Shown here piece after piece: positions 25,091 to 36,645 of a stretch of 64,000 nucleotides of DNA (the stretch's first letter is position 1; every line of letters begins with the position of its first letter). The DNA comes from Camelus ferus (taxonomy: Eukaryota). The DNA is taken from NCBI RefSeq assembly GCF_009834535.1, contig NC_045720.1:1364001-1428000 (forward strand), in the 5' to 3' direction. The notes under the pieces are model-generated. The model was not told where the DNA came from. It saw nothing but the letters and a program-made list of their open reading frames with translations, and did no database searches. A program made the translations under genes and the position numbers.

Positions 25091-28000
25091 TGGAGAGGAC
25101 TTCAGAGTGACCACGCCAAATGCTGGACAGGATACAAAGAAACCAGGTTGTTCCCGCATTGCTGGTTACATGAAAAAATGGCGCAGCAGGTGTGTAGAAC
25201 AGAGTGCAAGTTCCTTTAAAAACTGCTTATGCAATTACCATGAGATTCCCAAATCCACTTCTGGGTGATTTCCCCAGAGACACTGAAACTGTGTCCACAC
25301 AGAACACATCCATGGATGTTTACGGCAGCTTTATCTGAAATGCTCGGGAGAAAAACCCAGATGTCCTACAGTAGTGTGCAAACCACAGCACTCTCTCACG
25401 GAGGTGAGCTGCTCAGCAGGAAAAGCAAAAGTATTGCTGGACGTCCTGAGTTGACTGAATGCCTAGGGACTCATTCTTAATGACAAATGACACTCCACCA
25501 AGGTTACATAACACACTGTTCGTTTTGTATACCATTATAGGGATGACAAAGTTGCAGAAACGGACACCAAATCCATATCGCAGGGTCGCACTGTCTGGGG
25601 ATCTGGGCGGGAAAGAGATTGATGCGTCCTTAGGAGGGATGATTGTGGGGCCAACACCATTCTCTCCCCTCGCTTGGGGAGTGACACTAACCTAGTTAGT
25701 TGTGATACTATAGTTTTGCAAGATAGTGTCAGTGGGAATGACTGAGGAAAGCACACACAGGATCTTTCTGTGTTTTGTGCCCATATATTTGAATATACAA
25801 ACATCTCAAAGTAAAACGTTTAATGGAAAAGAAATTTTTAAACAACCAGATCATTACTTGCATTACTATTTAAATGGCTACAGTTAGGAACCCAAGATTT
25901 TTGGGATAGACAAAAGATAGTACGTTCTCTTTACTAGAGGCGTGCTTTAAAATAAGGACATGACAAGATTGAAAAAAATATATAGAAAAGGGTCTACAAT
26001 TTGAATGCTGCCCAAGGGACTCTTACACACACACTGAGGCTAAGTAAACATTAACACAAGAGCGTTACTTATGTGAAGAACCACATTTTGTAGAGGTGAA
26101 GGAATAAAATAGATACCACAGTCATCACAATCTAAATCCACACGTACCTGATAGCACAGGATGAAAATACCTTGGTAGAACTTAGGTTCTAGGTACTGTG
26201 GGCAAAACAAAAACAAAAACTAAAACAGTCGCATAGTTGTCATAAACTCATCTGTCTCCATGGATTCTGGACCCTGAAGCAAGGAGACAGAATTTATTGT
26301 AGCCCTGGACTACGGTCACCATCGTTCCTCTGAAAAGACCAGACAGTAAATGTCTTCAGCTTCAGAGGCTGTCCAGTCTCTGTCACTCCTACAAAACGTT
26401 CTCTTTGTGGGGCTGGAACCAGACACAGAGGATGAGTAACCGTACGATCGTCCCTATGATCCAGCAAAGCTTCCGTCACCGACACGTTGGTGGCCTGGGC
26501 TGATCCCACAGGCTCTTGTCTGCCAGCCCCTGCTACAGACGGTCTGAGCAACACTTGCCCAGCGTCGCCAGCCCTGGCACACACCTCGTGAGACTCGCAC
26601 GTCCCCCACCCCACCCCCAAGACAAGGACAAGAGTACTCGCTGCAGCGCCCCCCTGGGCTCGATAAAACCCAGAAGCAGCCCCGTGTCCATCCGCAGTGA
26701 AGTGAGGTGTGTCCATCGGTGGAAAGTACGCAACCGCGAGAGGGAGCGCCGCGCGGCCTCGCCAGGGGCAGGGCCGGACCGCACAGAGCCCCGCAGAGAA
26801 GAGGCGGCAGACGCAAAAACGAGCAGCGCAGGTGGATTTCCTTTCCGTTGATTCAAAAGCAGGCCGAGTCACGTGGAGGCTCGGAAAGCCGGGCGCTTCC
26901 TCCTCACCTCTGGCCGTGGCGCGTCTCGTGCCTGAGTCGAGGAACGGAGGGAGGAATGCGGGGCTTTCCACCCAGGCCTGCTTCTCGAGCAGGATGCTGC
27001 TCTGCGGTTACGTGCGCTTCGGGAGGGTCCGTGAAGCTGTCGCCCTGCGATTGTGCGCTTTTCTGTAGAATGTGGGTCTTTAGCAAGCTCTTTGGCACAA
27101 ACGGAAAATCAAGGAAAGCAGGTGCCTGGGGCGCAGCCGTCAGCACTTTCTGAGGCAGGCGAGGCCGCGCGAGTGGGTAGGTGCCCCCGGTGAGCTCCGG
27201 GAGGAGGTGTCTGTGTGAGACTGTGAGGCCCCAGGTTCCCCAACATGACTCCTGCATGAAAGTAGCAAATTTCTCACATGAAGTCTCAAACGGAAATTTC
27301 TGATGCGCCAGTAGCTCTTCCTCCTCCAGTGGTTGGAGATGTCATGTCCACGGTCTCCAGGCCAAGTAGCAAAGGGGAAGGAACACAGAGGGTCAGGACC
27401 ATCAAAGACACACGTGGCCTCTGCCCTGGTTCTGCCGGATAAACTGGGCTGCAGGAGCCCGCACACTGCAGTCTGTGGGTATAGGAAGTGCCTGGCATGA
27501 GTTGATACACAGCCAAACTTGTCTGCCATATTTAGCATCTTCAAAAGACTAGAAGTACTGTCTTTTAGTGAAAAAAACTCACTCCAGACCATGACCTTTG
27601 AAGTCAGAGGCTAAAGTAAATACATTGAGACCACTGATCTGACAACGTCTCTTCCCACAGAAACTTCTTCACCGAAAGTTTAAGTAATGACCACTAGAAA
27701 AAGTGGAATTTATCTCTAGGAGAGTTTTCAATGTAGAAAAGAATAGTGAGCCCAGGAAACATACACGTGTGAGTGAATGAAAACAACAAAATTCAAATCT
27801 ACGAATGGAGTGTAAGAAACAAGAACGTTAATTAAAATGGCTGTAAAGGTTCTGCAGTTTTTGTGTGTTCGCTGAGACCTGGGCAGCGTGGCCCACACTG
27901 ACGCACCAGCACACCAAGGGCAGGCTGTGACTCCCGGCTGCATCCTGGTCCAAGGGCAGCTCGTACACCACTTGGGGCTGAGGCCCACTGTACATCTCAG

Positions 28001-28109
28001 CCTTCCGAGGGGCCTTGGCAGTTCTGACTCACTGGCCCAACTGAATGAGGAGGGTGAGGAGCAGGGAATGAGTTAAATCAAAGTAATATTAGAAATGACA
28101 GTCATATTC

Positions 28110-28662
28110 TTCACAATAGCCAAGTCATGGAAGCCACCTGAATGTCCACTGACAGATGACTGGTTAAAGAAGCTGTGGTGTATTTATATACAATGGAACA
28201 TATACTCAGCCACGAAAAGGAATGAAATAATGCCATTTTTAGCAACATGGATCTACAGACGATCATACTAAGTGAAGTAAGTCAGAAAAAATAAAGTGTC
28301 ATGTGATATCACTTACAGGAGGAATCTAAAAAAGTGACAGAAACGAACTTATTTACAAAACAGAAAGAGATGCACACACATAAAAAACAAACTTGTGGTC
28401 ACCAGGGGGGAATGGAGGGAGGAAGTGATAAACTGGGAGTTTGGGATTGGCAGATACTAACTACTGTGTACAGAATAGATAAACAAGGTTCTCCTGTGCA
28501 GCACAGGGAACTATATTCAGTGGCTTGTAACCTGTAAGGAAAAGAATATGGGAAGAAATACATATATGTATAAGTGAATCATTATGCTGTACACCAGAAA
28601 TTAACATGTTGTAAGTCAACTAAACTTCAATTCTTAAAAAAATCAGAAAAAAAAAAAAAAAA
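28110..28662 (+). mobile_element. 5'-truncated L1 3' end with poly(A) tail
   Basis: gaatgaaataatgccatttttagcaacatggat...cacagggaactatattcag...ctgtacaccagaaattaac + A tail. Confidence 0.92.
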
Positions 28663-29201
28663 CCGCTCTGGGGACCCCCCCGCCCGAGGGCTGGCTCCAG
28701 CTATGTGCCTGCTGGAAAGGGTCCCTGGGAGAATGGGGAGCCCATGCCCACCCCCATCACAGCCTTGATGGGTTCCTCTGGGAGGACAAGTTCTGGGGAG
28801 AGAGGAAGACGGGGCCCTGAACAGAGGCCCCAAGTCGGGCAGGCAGAGACCTGTCATTGTCTACCTGAGGAGCAGCTCACAGGCCACCCCACCAATGACC
28901 CCATCTCCTGGGTGTTCACTGCCCCTTAGCTGGACCAGCAAGGCCAGATACACAGGGCCTCAGCCACATCGGTGCCCTGGCTGCCCCAGTGCCACCCAAG
29001 TGGTGTCTGGATTCCCCTGACTGGCCCCAAGGCACCGAAACCCCCCCACCAGGAGGGGTGCTTGCTAGCTCCTGACCTCCCCGCCCTGCACCCAGCACAA
29101 GGCCTGGGAAGAGCAGACAAGACACACAGGGTGTCAGGAAATTGGGGCAAAGCCCTCCCCACTGCTTCCTCCTCTGGTCCTTGTAGAAAAGATGAAAATA
29201 T

Positions 29202-29209
29202 CCAAGGTC
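29202..29209 (+). promoter_or_regulatory. CYP11B1: Ad4/SF-1 (NR5A1) site CCAAGGTC
   Basis: Consensus match 343 bp upstream of ATG, the position of the known CYP11B Ad4 element. Confidence 0.8.
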
Positions 29210-29412
29210 CCCATTCATCCCTTGATAAGATAAGGCACCTCTCCATCTTGCTGCTTTCCCTCACGGGAGAGAGGAGGGAGGCCTCCTTCCCCCACCCCGA
29301 CCCTATTTGGCCCCATCCCGACCCACCCCTGCTCTCAGCAGCCACCCACCGGCGGGCTGCGTCACTGCCAGACGAGGCAGCCGGCCATCTCTTTCATCCT
29401 CCCGCTGGACGC

Positions 29413-29428
29413 CTCCAGCCCTGACCGC
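29413..29428 (+). promoter_or_regulatory. CYP11B1: Ad5-like element ctccagccctgaccgc
   Basis: Resembles human Ad5 (CTCCAGCCTTGACCTT) at the equivalent position. Confidence 0.6.
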
Positions 29429-29466
29429 TGCCCTGGGTTTCCTGGTCTGGCCAGGGACAGCTTCTC

Positions 29467-29474
29467 TGACGTGA
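29467..29474 (+). promoter_or_regulatory. CYP11B1: Ad1/CRE TGACGTGA
   Basis: Matches the CYP11B Ad1 CRE, about 30 bp upstream of the TATA-like box. Confidence 0.85.
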
Positions 29475-29504
29475 TCAAGGCGGCCGGTCCAGCAAACTAG
29501 GCGA

Positions 29505-29511
29505 GATAAAA
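29505..29511 (+). promoter_or_regulatory. CYP11B1: TATA-like GATAAAA box
   Basis: GATAAAAG variant typical of CYP11B promoters. Confidence 0.75.
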
Positions 29512-29544
29512 GGACCGGGCCGAAAGGGGTGAGGGCGCACCAGC

Positions 29545-29783
29545 ATGGCGTTCCGGGCAAAGACCGCAGTGTGGAGGGCAGGGCCTTGGCTGTCCCTGCA
29601 CAGGGCACGCACACTGGGCACCAGAGCTGCTCAGGCCCCCAAGAAGGTGCTGCCCTTCGAAGCCATACCCCAGTGTCCTGGCAACAAGTGGATGCGGGCG
29701 CTGCAGATCTGGAGGGAGCACGGCTCCGAGAACATGCACCTGGACATGCATCAGACCTTCCAGGAGCTGGGACCCATTTTCAG
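29545..29783 (+). CDS. CYP11B1: Cytochrome P450 11B, mitochondrial: exon 1 (targeting peptide)
   Basis: [49 protein letters not shown]...FQELGPIFR; 239 nt, GTAAAG donor. Confidence 0.98.
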
Positions 29784-30156
29784 GTAAAGCTCTCCCTGAA
29801 CACCTCAGCGAGAACACCCTGACTGGTGGTGGTCCCGCTGGCCGCGGAGTCCTGGCTGGGCTCAGGGTTCTGCCACATCCAGTCCTGGCGGGGAGTCTGG
29901 GGAATGGGGGAAGGGGCAGGTAGGGGGCTCCGCAGGGCTGGTCTGTGCCTTCAACCCTGGAGACCGTGGCTCTCCGTGGAAACAGAGCACTGTGCAGCTT
30001 GCTGCTGGGAGGACAGAACGCAGACACCAGAGGAGGAGAGGCTTCAGTGAGACTGCAGGAGGGACTGCCTGGTCTGAGCCAGCTGCAGGCCGTCTCTGCA
30101 GTGGGGCCCAAGGGAGGCCACATCCCCAGAGCAGGGCCTCGAGCTTTGTCCCACAG

Positions 30157-30312
30157 GTATGACGTGGGAGGGAGGCGCATGGTATTCGTGATGCTGCCCG
30201 AAGACGTGGCGAGGCTGCAGCAGGCGGAGAGCTTTCACCCTCAGCGGATGCTCGTGGAGCCCTGGCTGGCCTACCGACAGCACCGTGGCCTCAAACGTGG
30301 CGTGTTCTTGCT
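30157..30312 (+). CDS. CYP11B1: CYP11B exon 2
   Basis: [22 protein letters not shown]...[19 protein letters not shown]; 156 nt, AG/GT. Confidence 0.98.
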
Positions 30313-31148
30313 GTGAGGGCGGGTTGGGGTGCAGGGGGTGGGCGGTGGGAAGCGTGGGTGCAGAGAGGAGGTGAGACAGGAGAGGCTCCAGCGCACACCC
30401 GCCTGGGGCCTCTCTAGGCAGGTGGAGAGAGGGTGACCGCCAGCTCCCGATGAGTGCCAGTCCCGAGGGGCTCAGGGGTGCCCCGGGCCGGGGAGGGGAG
30501 CAGGGGGCCTGGTGGGGACTCGAGCCAGGCCCTGTCCTCCAGGGAGAGGAAGAAGGCTAGGACTGCCATTCGGGAGCCCTCTCCAGCCTCCACAGGCCCC
30601 GAGGGGCTCGTGCACAGGTGGGACTTCTCGCCTTCTGCAGGTCAGACCCCCTGTAGGCCTGCAGGGAGCCCCCCCACCGTGGGCTCCGGGCTCTGTCCGG
30701 AGCCTGCTAGGAGAGCCCTGCTCTGATTCTCGCCCCGGAGGAGCGGAGGCTCTGTAGGGAGAGCAGCAGGTGGAACGGGCACGGGGCAGCGCACCCGAGC
30801 TGGGGATGAAGGTCTCCAGGGGCCGCTCCCACTCCGGGCTGTGGGTGAGCGTCGGAAAAGCCTCCACCCCGAGAGAGGGAGACGTGGGTGCCAGGGGCGG
30901 GGCCTGCCAGTTTGCACAAACAGTGGGGCCCGGCAGCAGCCTGGGCCGGGGCTCCCGTCTCAGCCTGGGCGAAGTGCACGAGGCCCCCCTGAGGAAAGAG
31001 GTGCTGCCAAGGCCCACGCGTGGGCAGCCGGCCCCCCGAGAACCAGCAGGCGGCTTGCCGCCCCGCCCGCCTCCCGTCGTGGGGGGGCACAGGGCTGGGG
31101 CCAGCTGCTGGCTCCGGATGCCCTGACGCTCTGCGCTCTGCTCTGCAG

Positions 31149-31348
31149 AAACGGGCCCAAGTGGCGCTCCGACCGGCTGCAGCTGAATCCGGACGTGCTG
31201 TCACTGCAGGCCGTGCAGAAGTTCGCGCCCCTGGTGGACGAGGTGGCCAGGGACTTCTCCCAAACCCTGAGGGCGAGGGTGGTGCAGAACGCCCGGGGGA
31301 GCCTGACCCTGGACATCAAGCCCAGCATCTTCTGCTACACCATCGAAG
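31149..31348 (+). CDS. CYP11B1: CYP11B exon 3
   Basis: [18 protein letters not shown]...[20 protein letters not shown]; 200 nt. Confidence 0.98.
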
Positions 31349-31476
31349 GTGTGGGCGTGCAGCGGGGGTGCCGCTCAGAGGCTCGGAGTGGGCCGGGGCT
31401 GGGGCAGGGAGGGCTAGGGGAGGCGGCCAGGAGGCCCTGGGCTGCCTCAGGCTCAGGAACTGCCTCCTCCCTGCAG

Positions 31477-31680
31477 CCAGCAACTTAGTCCTTTATGGAG
31501 AGCGGCTGGGCCTCCTCGGCCACAACCCGAATGCTGACAGCCTGAACTTCATCAGCGCGCTGGAGGCCATGTTCAAGTCCACAGTGCAGCTCATGTTCCT
31601 GCCCAGGAGCCTGTCACGCTGGACAAGCACCAGCATATGGAAGGAGCACTTCGAGGCCTGGGACTGTATCTTCCAGTATG
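31477..31680 (+). CDS. CYP11B1: CYP11B exon 4
   Basis: [14 protein letters not shown]...[14 protein letters not shown]; 204 nt. Confidence 0.98.
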
Positions 31681-31951
31681 GTGAGGGCCGAGGATCCAGC
31701 AGCATTGGGACCAGGGACCCCAGGGCCCCCTCCACTCACCACAGTCCAGGAGAGCAGAGGCCACGTGCCAGGGCTGGTGGCTTCTTTCTGGTCCCTGAGA
31801 GAGTGGGCAGGGAGGCTGGACTAGGCTGACCCTAAGAACTGGGGGTGGCACACGGAGACCTGGGGCTTCTGAGGGCTGAAGGGCAGGAGGGTGACAAAGA
31901 GAAGTGCCCCCAGCCCCAGGCCCAGGGCCTCTGTCTCTCTGGGCCCCACAG

Positions 31952-32106
31952 CCAACAAAGCCATCCAGAGACTCTATCAGGAGCTGACCCTTGGCCGCCC
32001 GTGGCGCTACAGTGGCGTCGTGGCAGAGCTGCTCATGCATGCAGACATGACCCTGGATGCCATCAAGGCCAACTCCATCGACCTCACTGCCGGGAGCGTG
32101 GACACG
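31952..32106 (+). CDS. CYP11B1: CYP11B exon 5 (I helix)
   Basis: [12 protein letters not shown]...YSGVVAELL...[13 protein letters not shown]; 155 nt. Confidence 0.98.
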
Positions 32107-33608
32107 GTCAGCCCAGCAGTCAGCCCTTCCCGTAGAACCGGGAGCCCTCCCCTTCCCATGCCAGACGGCTCGACCATGCCCCCTCCCCAGTCTGTGCCTC
32201 CAAAATGGCTAGACTTAGGCCTCAGCTTCTGAACTGAGAGGCGGAACATGGGCGCCAAGCCTCAGAGGGAAGGAGTTTGCAGCTCCTCCCGTGGGAAACC
32301 GTGCTCCAGGCAGAGGGTGCAGAGTGGATGAGGCCCAGGGGCATGCAGCTCCACAGACCCTGTGTGGATAATCTGGGTCCTGAGCCAATGGGGAAGAGCC
32401 AAGGTGCAGCAGAGAGCTGCACGGGGAGACCCCCCAGTGACAGATGACACTTAGCTCTCACCAAAGATCCTTTGGAGGGGACAGGCTGACGGGCAGGGCA
32501 GCACGGGGCTCCGGCTGGGGCGGGGGAGCAGGCGGCGGTACAGTGCGGCGGGCGGGGCGGGCTCCAGGGCGCAGGGCCGACGAACCTTCCTGCCTCTAGA
32601 CAGAGCCTTCATCTGCCAGCGTCTCTGAGGGCCTGCTCTGGGCCACGCACCCAGGATTCAGAGCAGAGGCACAGACCCATTGTGGAGAAACTCCCTGAGC
32701 AGGGGGTCTGTGACGCAGCCACCAGCTGAAAGAACCCAGGGGAGGGCATGTGCCTTCAGGGGGCAGCTCTGAGAGGAGGACTTCCTGGAGAAGGAGGGCT
32801 TTCCGTGGAATGCAGAAGAACCACACACAAGTCAGATGGGCCACGAAGAGGGGGCTGGGAGTGCAGCAGCCCGGGGCCAGCAACAGCAGACAGTGAAGAA
32901 AGGCCGTGAGGCTGAGTGGAGCCGACAGGGGCAGACAAGGGTCAGGACCCCTGGCAGTAGGGGCCTTGGGCACCAGGCCTGTATCCAAGGCTGGAGGAAG
33001 CCAGTGCAGGGAGTGCCTCGGTCAGATTTCTGCTCCCTCACGGGCCACAGGGCAGAGCACGGACTAAAGCTCAGGGCGCAGCCGAGAGGCTGTATCTGCC
33101 CATCAGAAGATGCCAGGGGCGTGCGTGTCGCCTTGGGGACGGCGTTCAGGAAAGACTTAGCTTCCCTCCCAGATTTTGGCCGGGGCTGGCAGACACCTCT
33201 CCCTGCACAGGGAAGTGATCCAGGAGGAGGAAAGGGGTAGGGTCTGGGACCTGCCTTTGGATGCCCAGGGGAGAAGCCCCACTGGGAGCAGTTAGACCTC
33301 GGGCTCCAGAACCCTCCCCCCTGAGTAGCTGGCAAGAGTGAGCCCCTCGTGGACACAGAGGAAGGTGAGAACCAGGCCCTGAAGTGGCTGGAGGAGGCCT
33401 GCATCTTCATTTGAGACTGGGGACACCTTCCCCGAGGGATTCAGGGGAAGTCGATGAGGTGGGTGGTTTTAGGCTTTTGAGGTCTCAGGTCTCTGGGCAC
33501 GCAGGTCCCCTGTCCCCAGGGGTGGCCATCTTTCTGGGGAGGGTGCCCTGGGGGTGGAGGGGTGTGGCCCGTGCCAAGGTCCGAGCCCTGCTCCCCTGGC
33601 TCCTGCAG

Positions 33609-33775
33609 ACAGCCTTTCCCTTGTTGATGACTCTCTTTGAGTTGGCTCGGAACCCGGATGTGCAGCAGGCCGTTCGCCAGGAGAGCCTGGTGGCTGAGGC
33701 CAGGATCTCTGAAAATCCCCAGAGGGCAACCACGGAGCTGCCACTGCTAAGGGCTGCCCTCAGGGAGACCTTGAG
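33609..33775 (+). CDS. CYP11B1: CYP11B exon 6
   Basis: [26 protein letters not shown]...[13 protein letters not shown] (ExxR); 167 nt. Confidence 0.98.
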
Positions 33776-34204
33776 GTAGGCGTGGTAGACCTTGGCTTCC
33801 CCAGATGCCCTGGCCCCAGTGTCTGGAGAGCCCACTCCCTAGGGCTTGAGGACAGATCCTGGGGCTGACAAGCAGCTTTGCCCGAGGACACATCCCCCTG
33901 TGCCTTCCCTTCCTCCCCTAAAAGGATGGGGTGCTTCTTCCTCTGGGATGCCACCTCAATGTCCTGGGCCGTCCTCCATCCCGTCCCCACTGGCCCGGGG
34001 CTGCTCAGGCTGGGGGAGCTTTGGCTGAGCTCCAGGCTGCCAGGAAGCAGCTGCTCAGGAGCGGGGCTTCCCAGTGCCAGAAGGGACCTGTGAGGGCAGT
34101 GGCCAGCTGCCCTTGGCCCATGAGTGCTGGGCCGGGAAGGCTGCAGAAGGGAAGTGAGGGGCCCTTTCACAGCGGAGGACCTTGTTGGACATCCCTATGC
34201 ACAG

Positions 34205-34283
34205 GCTGTACCCCGTGGGTATCACCGTGGAGCGACGGGTGAGCTCAGACTTGGTGCTGCAGAACTACCACATCCCGGCTGGG
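34205..34283 (+). CDS. CYP11B1: CYP11B exon 7
   Basis: [26 protein letters not shown]; 79 nt. Confidence 0.98.
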
Positions 34284-34379
34284 GTGAGTGAGGCCCCAGA
34301 ACCCTTCTGGCTGATACTCAGCCCGTTTGACCTTGGCCCACGGGGCGGCTGACCCTAGCCCCTCCCCACCTGACTGCAG

Positions 34380-34577
34380 ACTTTGGTGAAGGTGCTACTC
34401 TACTCCCTGGGTCGAAATGCAGCCGTGTTCGCCACGCCCGAGCGCTACCATCCCCAGCGCTGGCTGGACCACCAGGACTCTGGCGTCAGGTTCCCACACC
34501 TGGCCTTTGGCTTTGGTGTGCGCCAGTGCCTGGGGCGGCGCCTGGCAGAGGTAGAGATGCTGCTCCTGATGCACCAT
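34380..34577 (+). CDS. CYP11B1: CYP11B exon 8 (heme-binding [10 protein letters not shown])
   Basis: [13 protein letters not shown]...[10 protein letters not shown]...[18 protein letters not shown]; 198 nt. Confidence 0.98.
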
Positions 34578-34710
34578 GTGAGTGGGCCGGGCTGGGGCCT
34601 GGGCGGGCAGCCCACTTGCAGACCCCAGGCTTCTGCTCCTGGGACGCCCAGCCACAGGGTCCTGGAAGGCGGGAGAGGCTGGGCCAGGCAGAACCCTGCC
34701 TCTGTCCTAG

Positions 34711-34824
34711 GTGCTGAAAAACTTCCTGGTGGAGTCACTGGTGCAAGAGGACATCAAGATGGTCTACCGCTTCATATTGATGCCCTCCACCCTCCCACTC
34801 CTTACCTTCCGGGCCATCAACTAG
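34711..34824 (+). CDS. CYP11B1: CYP11B exon 9 to stop
   Basis: VLKNFLVE...[13 protein letters not shown]; nine exons total 1512 nt = 503 aa, no frameshift or stop. Confidence 0.98.
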   Translation: MLKNFLVESLVQEDIKMVYRFILMPSTLPLLTFRAIN

Positions 34825-36345
34825 TCATGTCGCTGCACTGTCGGGCTGGGTAGGCCACAAGCCCCCCTATGCCTGACTCAAGGTCCCCTCGGTTCTCTCC
34901 TGGGGGCCCTGCTATCTAAGCCACACCACTGTCCAGCCAGCACTTTGCACAGATGGAACAGCCAGGCCCTCTAAGGATCAGGGCTTGCCATCATGAGCAG
35001 TAAGGCCAGAGCAGAGCTGGGGATGAGTCTTGGTTGCAGGTCCTGGCCATGCGCCCAGTCTCACCAGGGTCTTCTCCAGCAAGGAGCACCATCTGGGGGC
35101 TTGTGCAGCCCTGATGCCCCAGCACTAGCTCCAGGCCCCTCGTGTGTCCATCCGAGTGAGAGGCCTCAGATCCCACCTTCTGCTCCCCTTCCAGTCTCTT
35201 ACGTCCTCTGTGCTCAACTCTGCCCCCATGCAAGAGCTGACGACTTGGGTGTCCCCTGTCCTGCTCGTTGCCATTTCAAGCATCATGCCTTTTGTTCGCA
35301 GTGCTCTGGCATGCCACTGCCCTTCAGGCTGGGTTGTTATCTGTCCATCTACCTCTTCTGCTCAGCCCACTTGGGCTCCTCCTGACAGTGCCTCCCTCCC
35401 AGATCTTGGACTGGGCTGGCAGACACCTCTCCCTGCACGTCCTCTGGGATTGGGCTGAAGAACCCAGCCAAGGGCCTGGAGAGGCAGGTTGAAAGTAGTG
35501 TTTACCAGAAGAGTAGCTACCAAAAAGCTGACTTGAACATGTGAAAGCAGGAGGGGTGGTGAACCCCTCTGGCAGGAGGCAGGGCGACCACAGAGAAGCC
35601 TCTACAAGGAGGGTGTGTAGCCATCTCATGCTCCCTTTAGTAAAGCCCTCCGTTTGAAGTGCCTGTCTGGCCTCTGACAGTGACCCACAGGTGAGAGGCC
35701 ACCTTGGCCATGTGGGTGGGAGAGGCTTGTGTTCAACAAGCCAGCCAGGGTCCCCCAGCTGGCAGGAGCGAGCAGTCTGTCTCGTGTCACCGGGGGCACA
35801 GTGATGCCCCCCCATGTACAAAGGGGGCCCAGAGGCAAGATGAGAGGTGAGGGAGTCTCTCCACTCTCCCTTCGTCCCGTGTCACCCCCGTCTCACCCGC
35901 TGAGATCCAGGTCCTCAGTCACAGCAAGGGAGCAAGGGAGGAGGCGTCACCTTTCTGGCTGCACCAACCCTGCCAGCTCCAGGCCACCCCAGTGGCATCA
36001 GTCCGGTCCCAAGACCCCTGGAGGGGATGACCAGAGTCTGCACTCTCCTCACCTCTCCACTCCATCCACAGCTCACAGCAGGCCTGCTGCCAGGACCGTG
36101 CACTACTCTCAACCCCATCCGGCACTGCTGAAGGGGACTTGGAGAATCCCGGAGCAGAGAGGAGGGAAGTTCCAAGCACAAGATGGAGCCCTGCCTTAGC
36201 ACGTGGGCTCAGCCCTCAATCCCGCTGAGACTCACCCTCTTCACGTGGGGATTCCTTAGAGTTACCAACTCGCCGGGCCCAGTGAGGACACAACTGACAG
36301 GACCGTATTTGGCAAATGCCCAGATTTCTGGCTCAGCTGGCACTC

Positions 36346-36351
36346 AATAAA
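36346..36351 (+). terminator. Candidate CYP11B poly(A) signal AATAAA in an L2-like tail
   Basis: gcactcAATAAAt about 1.5 kb after the stop; usage not shown. Confidence 0.35.
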
Positions 36352-36469
36352 TGGGGATTTCTTCTCCCACCACTAAAACGTTGCTCTTTACTTGTGGCCC
36401 TGCTCCATGGTGGGTGGGGGACGTGATGGCAGGAAGGGAATGAAAACATAGCTAGCCTGCAGTGAAGGT

Positions 36470-36645
36470 GTGTCACTCTGCCAGGCTTGGCACACACGTT
36501 CCCTTGGTCTCCACAGCAGCCCTAAAAGGCAAACACTGTGATCAGCCCCGATTTGCGGATAAGGAAACTGAGGCTTAGAGAATTTGTTTACCTGCCAAAG
36601 TCTCGCAGCCCGTCCAGGGCAGGGGTACCGCCTGAACCCAGGATG
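36470..36645 (+). mobile_element. MIR SINE relic
   Basis: gatttgcggataaggaaactgaggcttagaga...acctgccaaagtc core. Confidence 0.75.

Larger units (their letters stand above)
24325..27219 (-). repeat. Inverted repeat, left arm (pairs with 44010-46970)
   Basis: Paired coordinates sum to 71229 from 24517 to 27219; identical ORF translations in several frames. Confidence 0.97.

Noticed and set aside
27140-27592. 150-aa minus-strand ORF / possible processed pseudogene next to the repeat boundary
   Set aside because: No family recognised in any frame; a YPQT similarity to small GTPases is too short; needs BLASTX
31020-31829. 269-aa ORF overlapping CYP11B exons 3-4
   Set aside because: Intron read-through in GC-rich DNA, fully explained by the spliced CYP11B model
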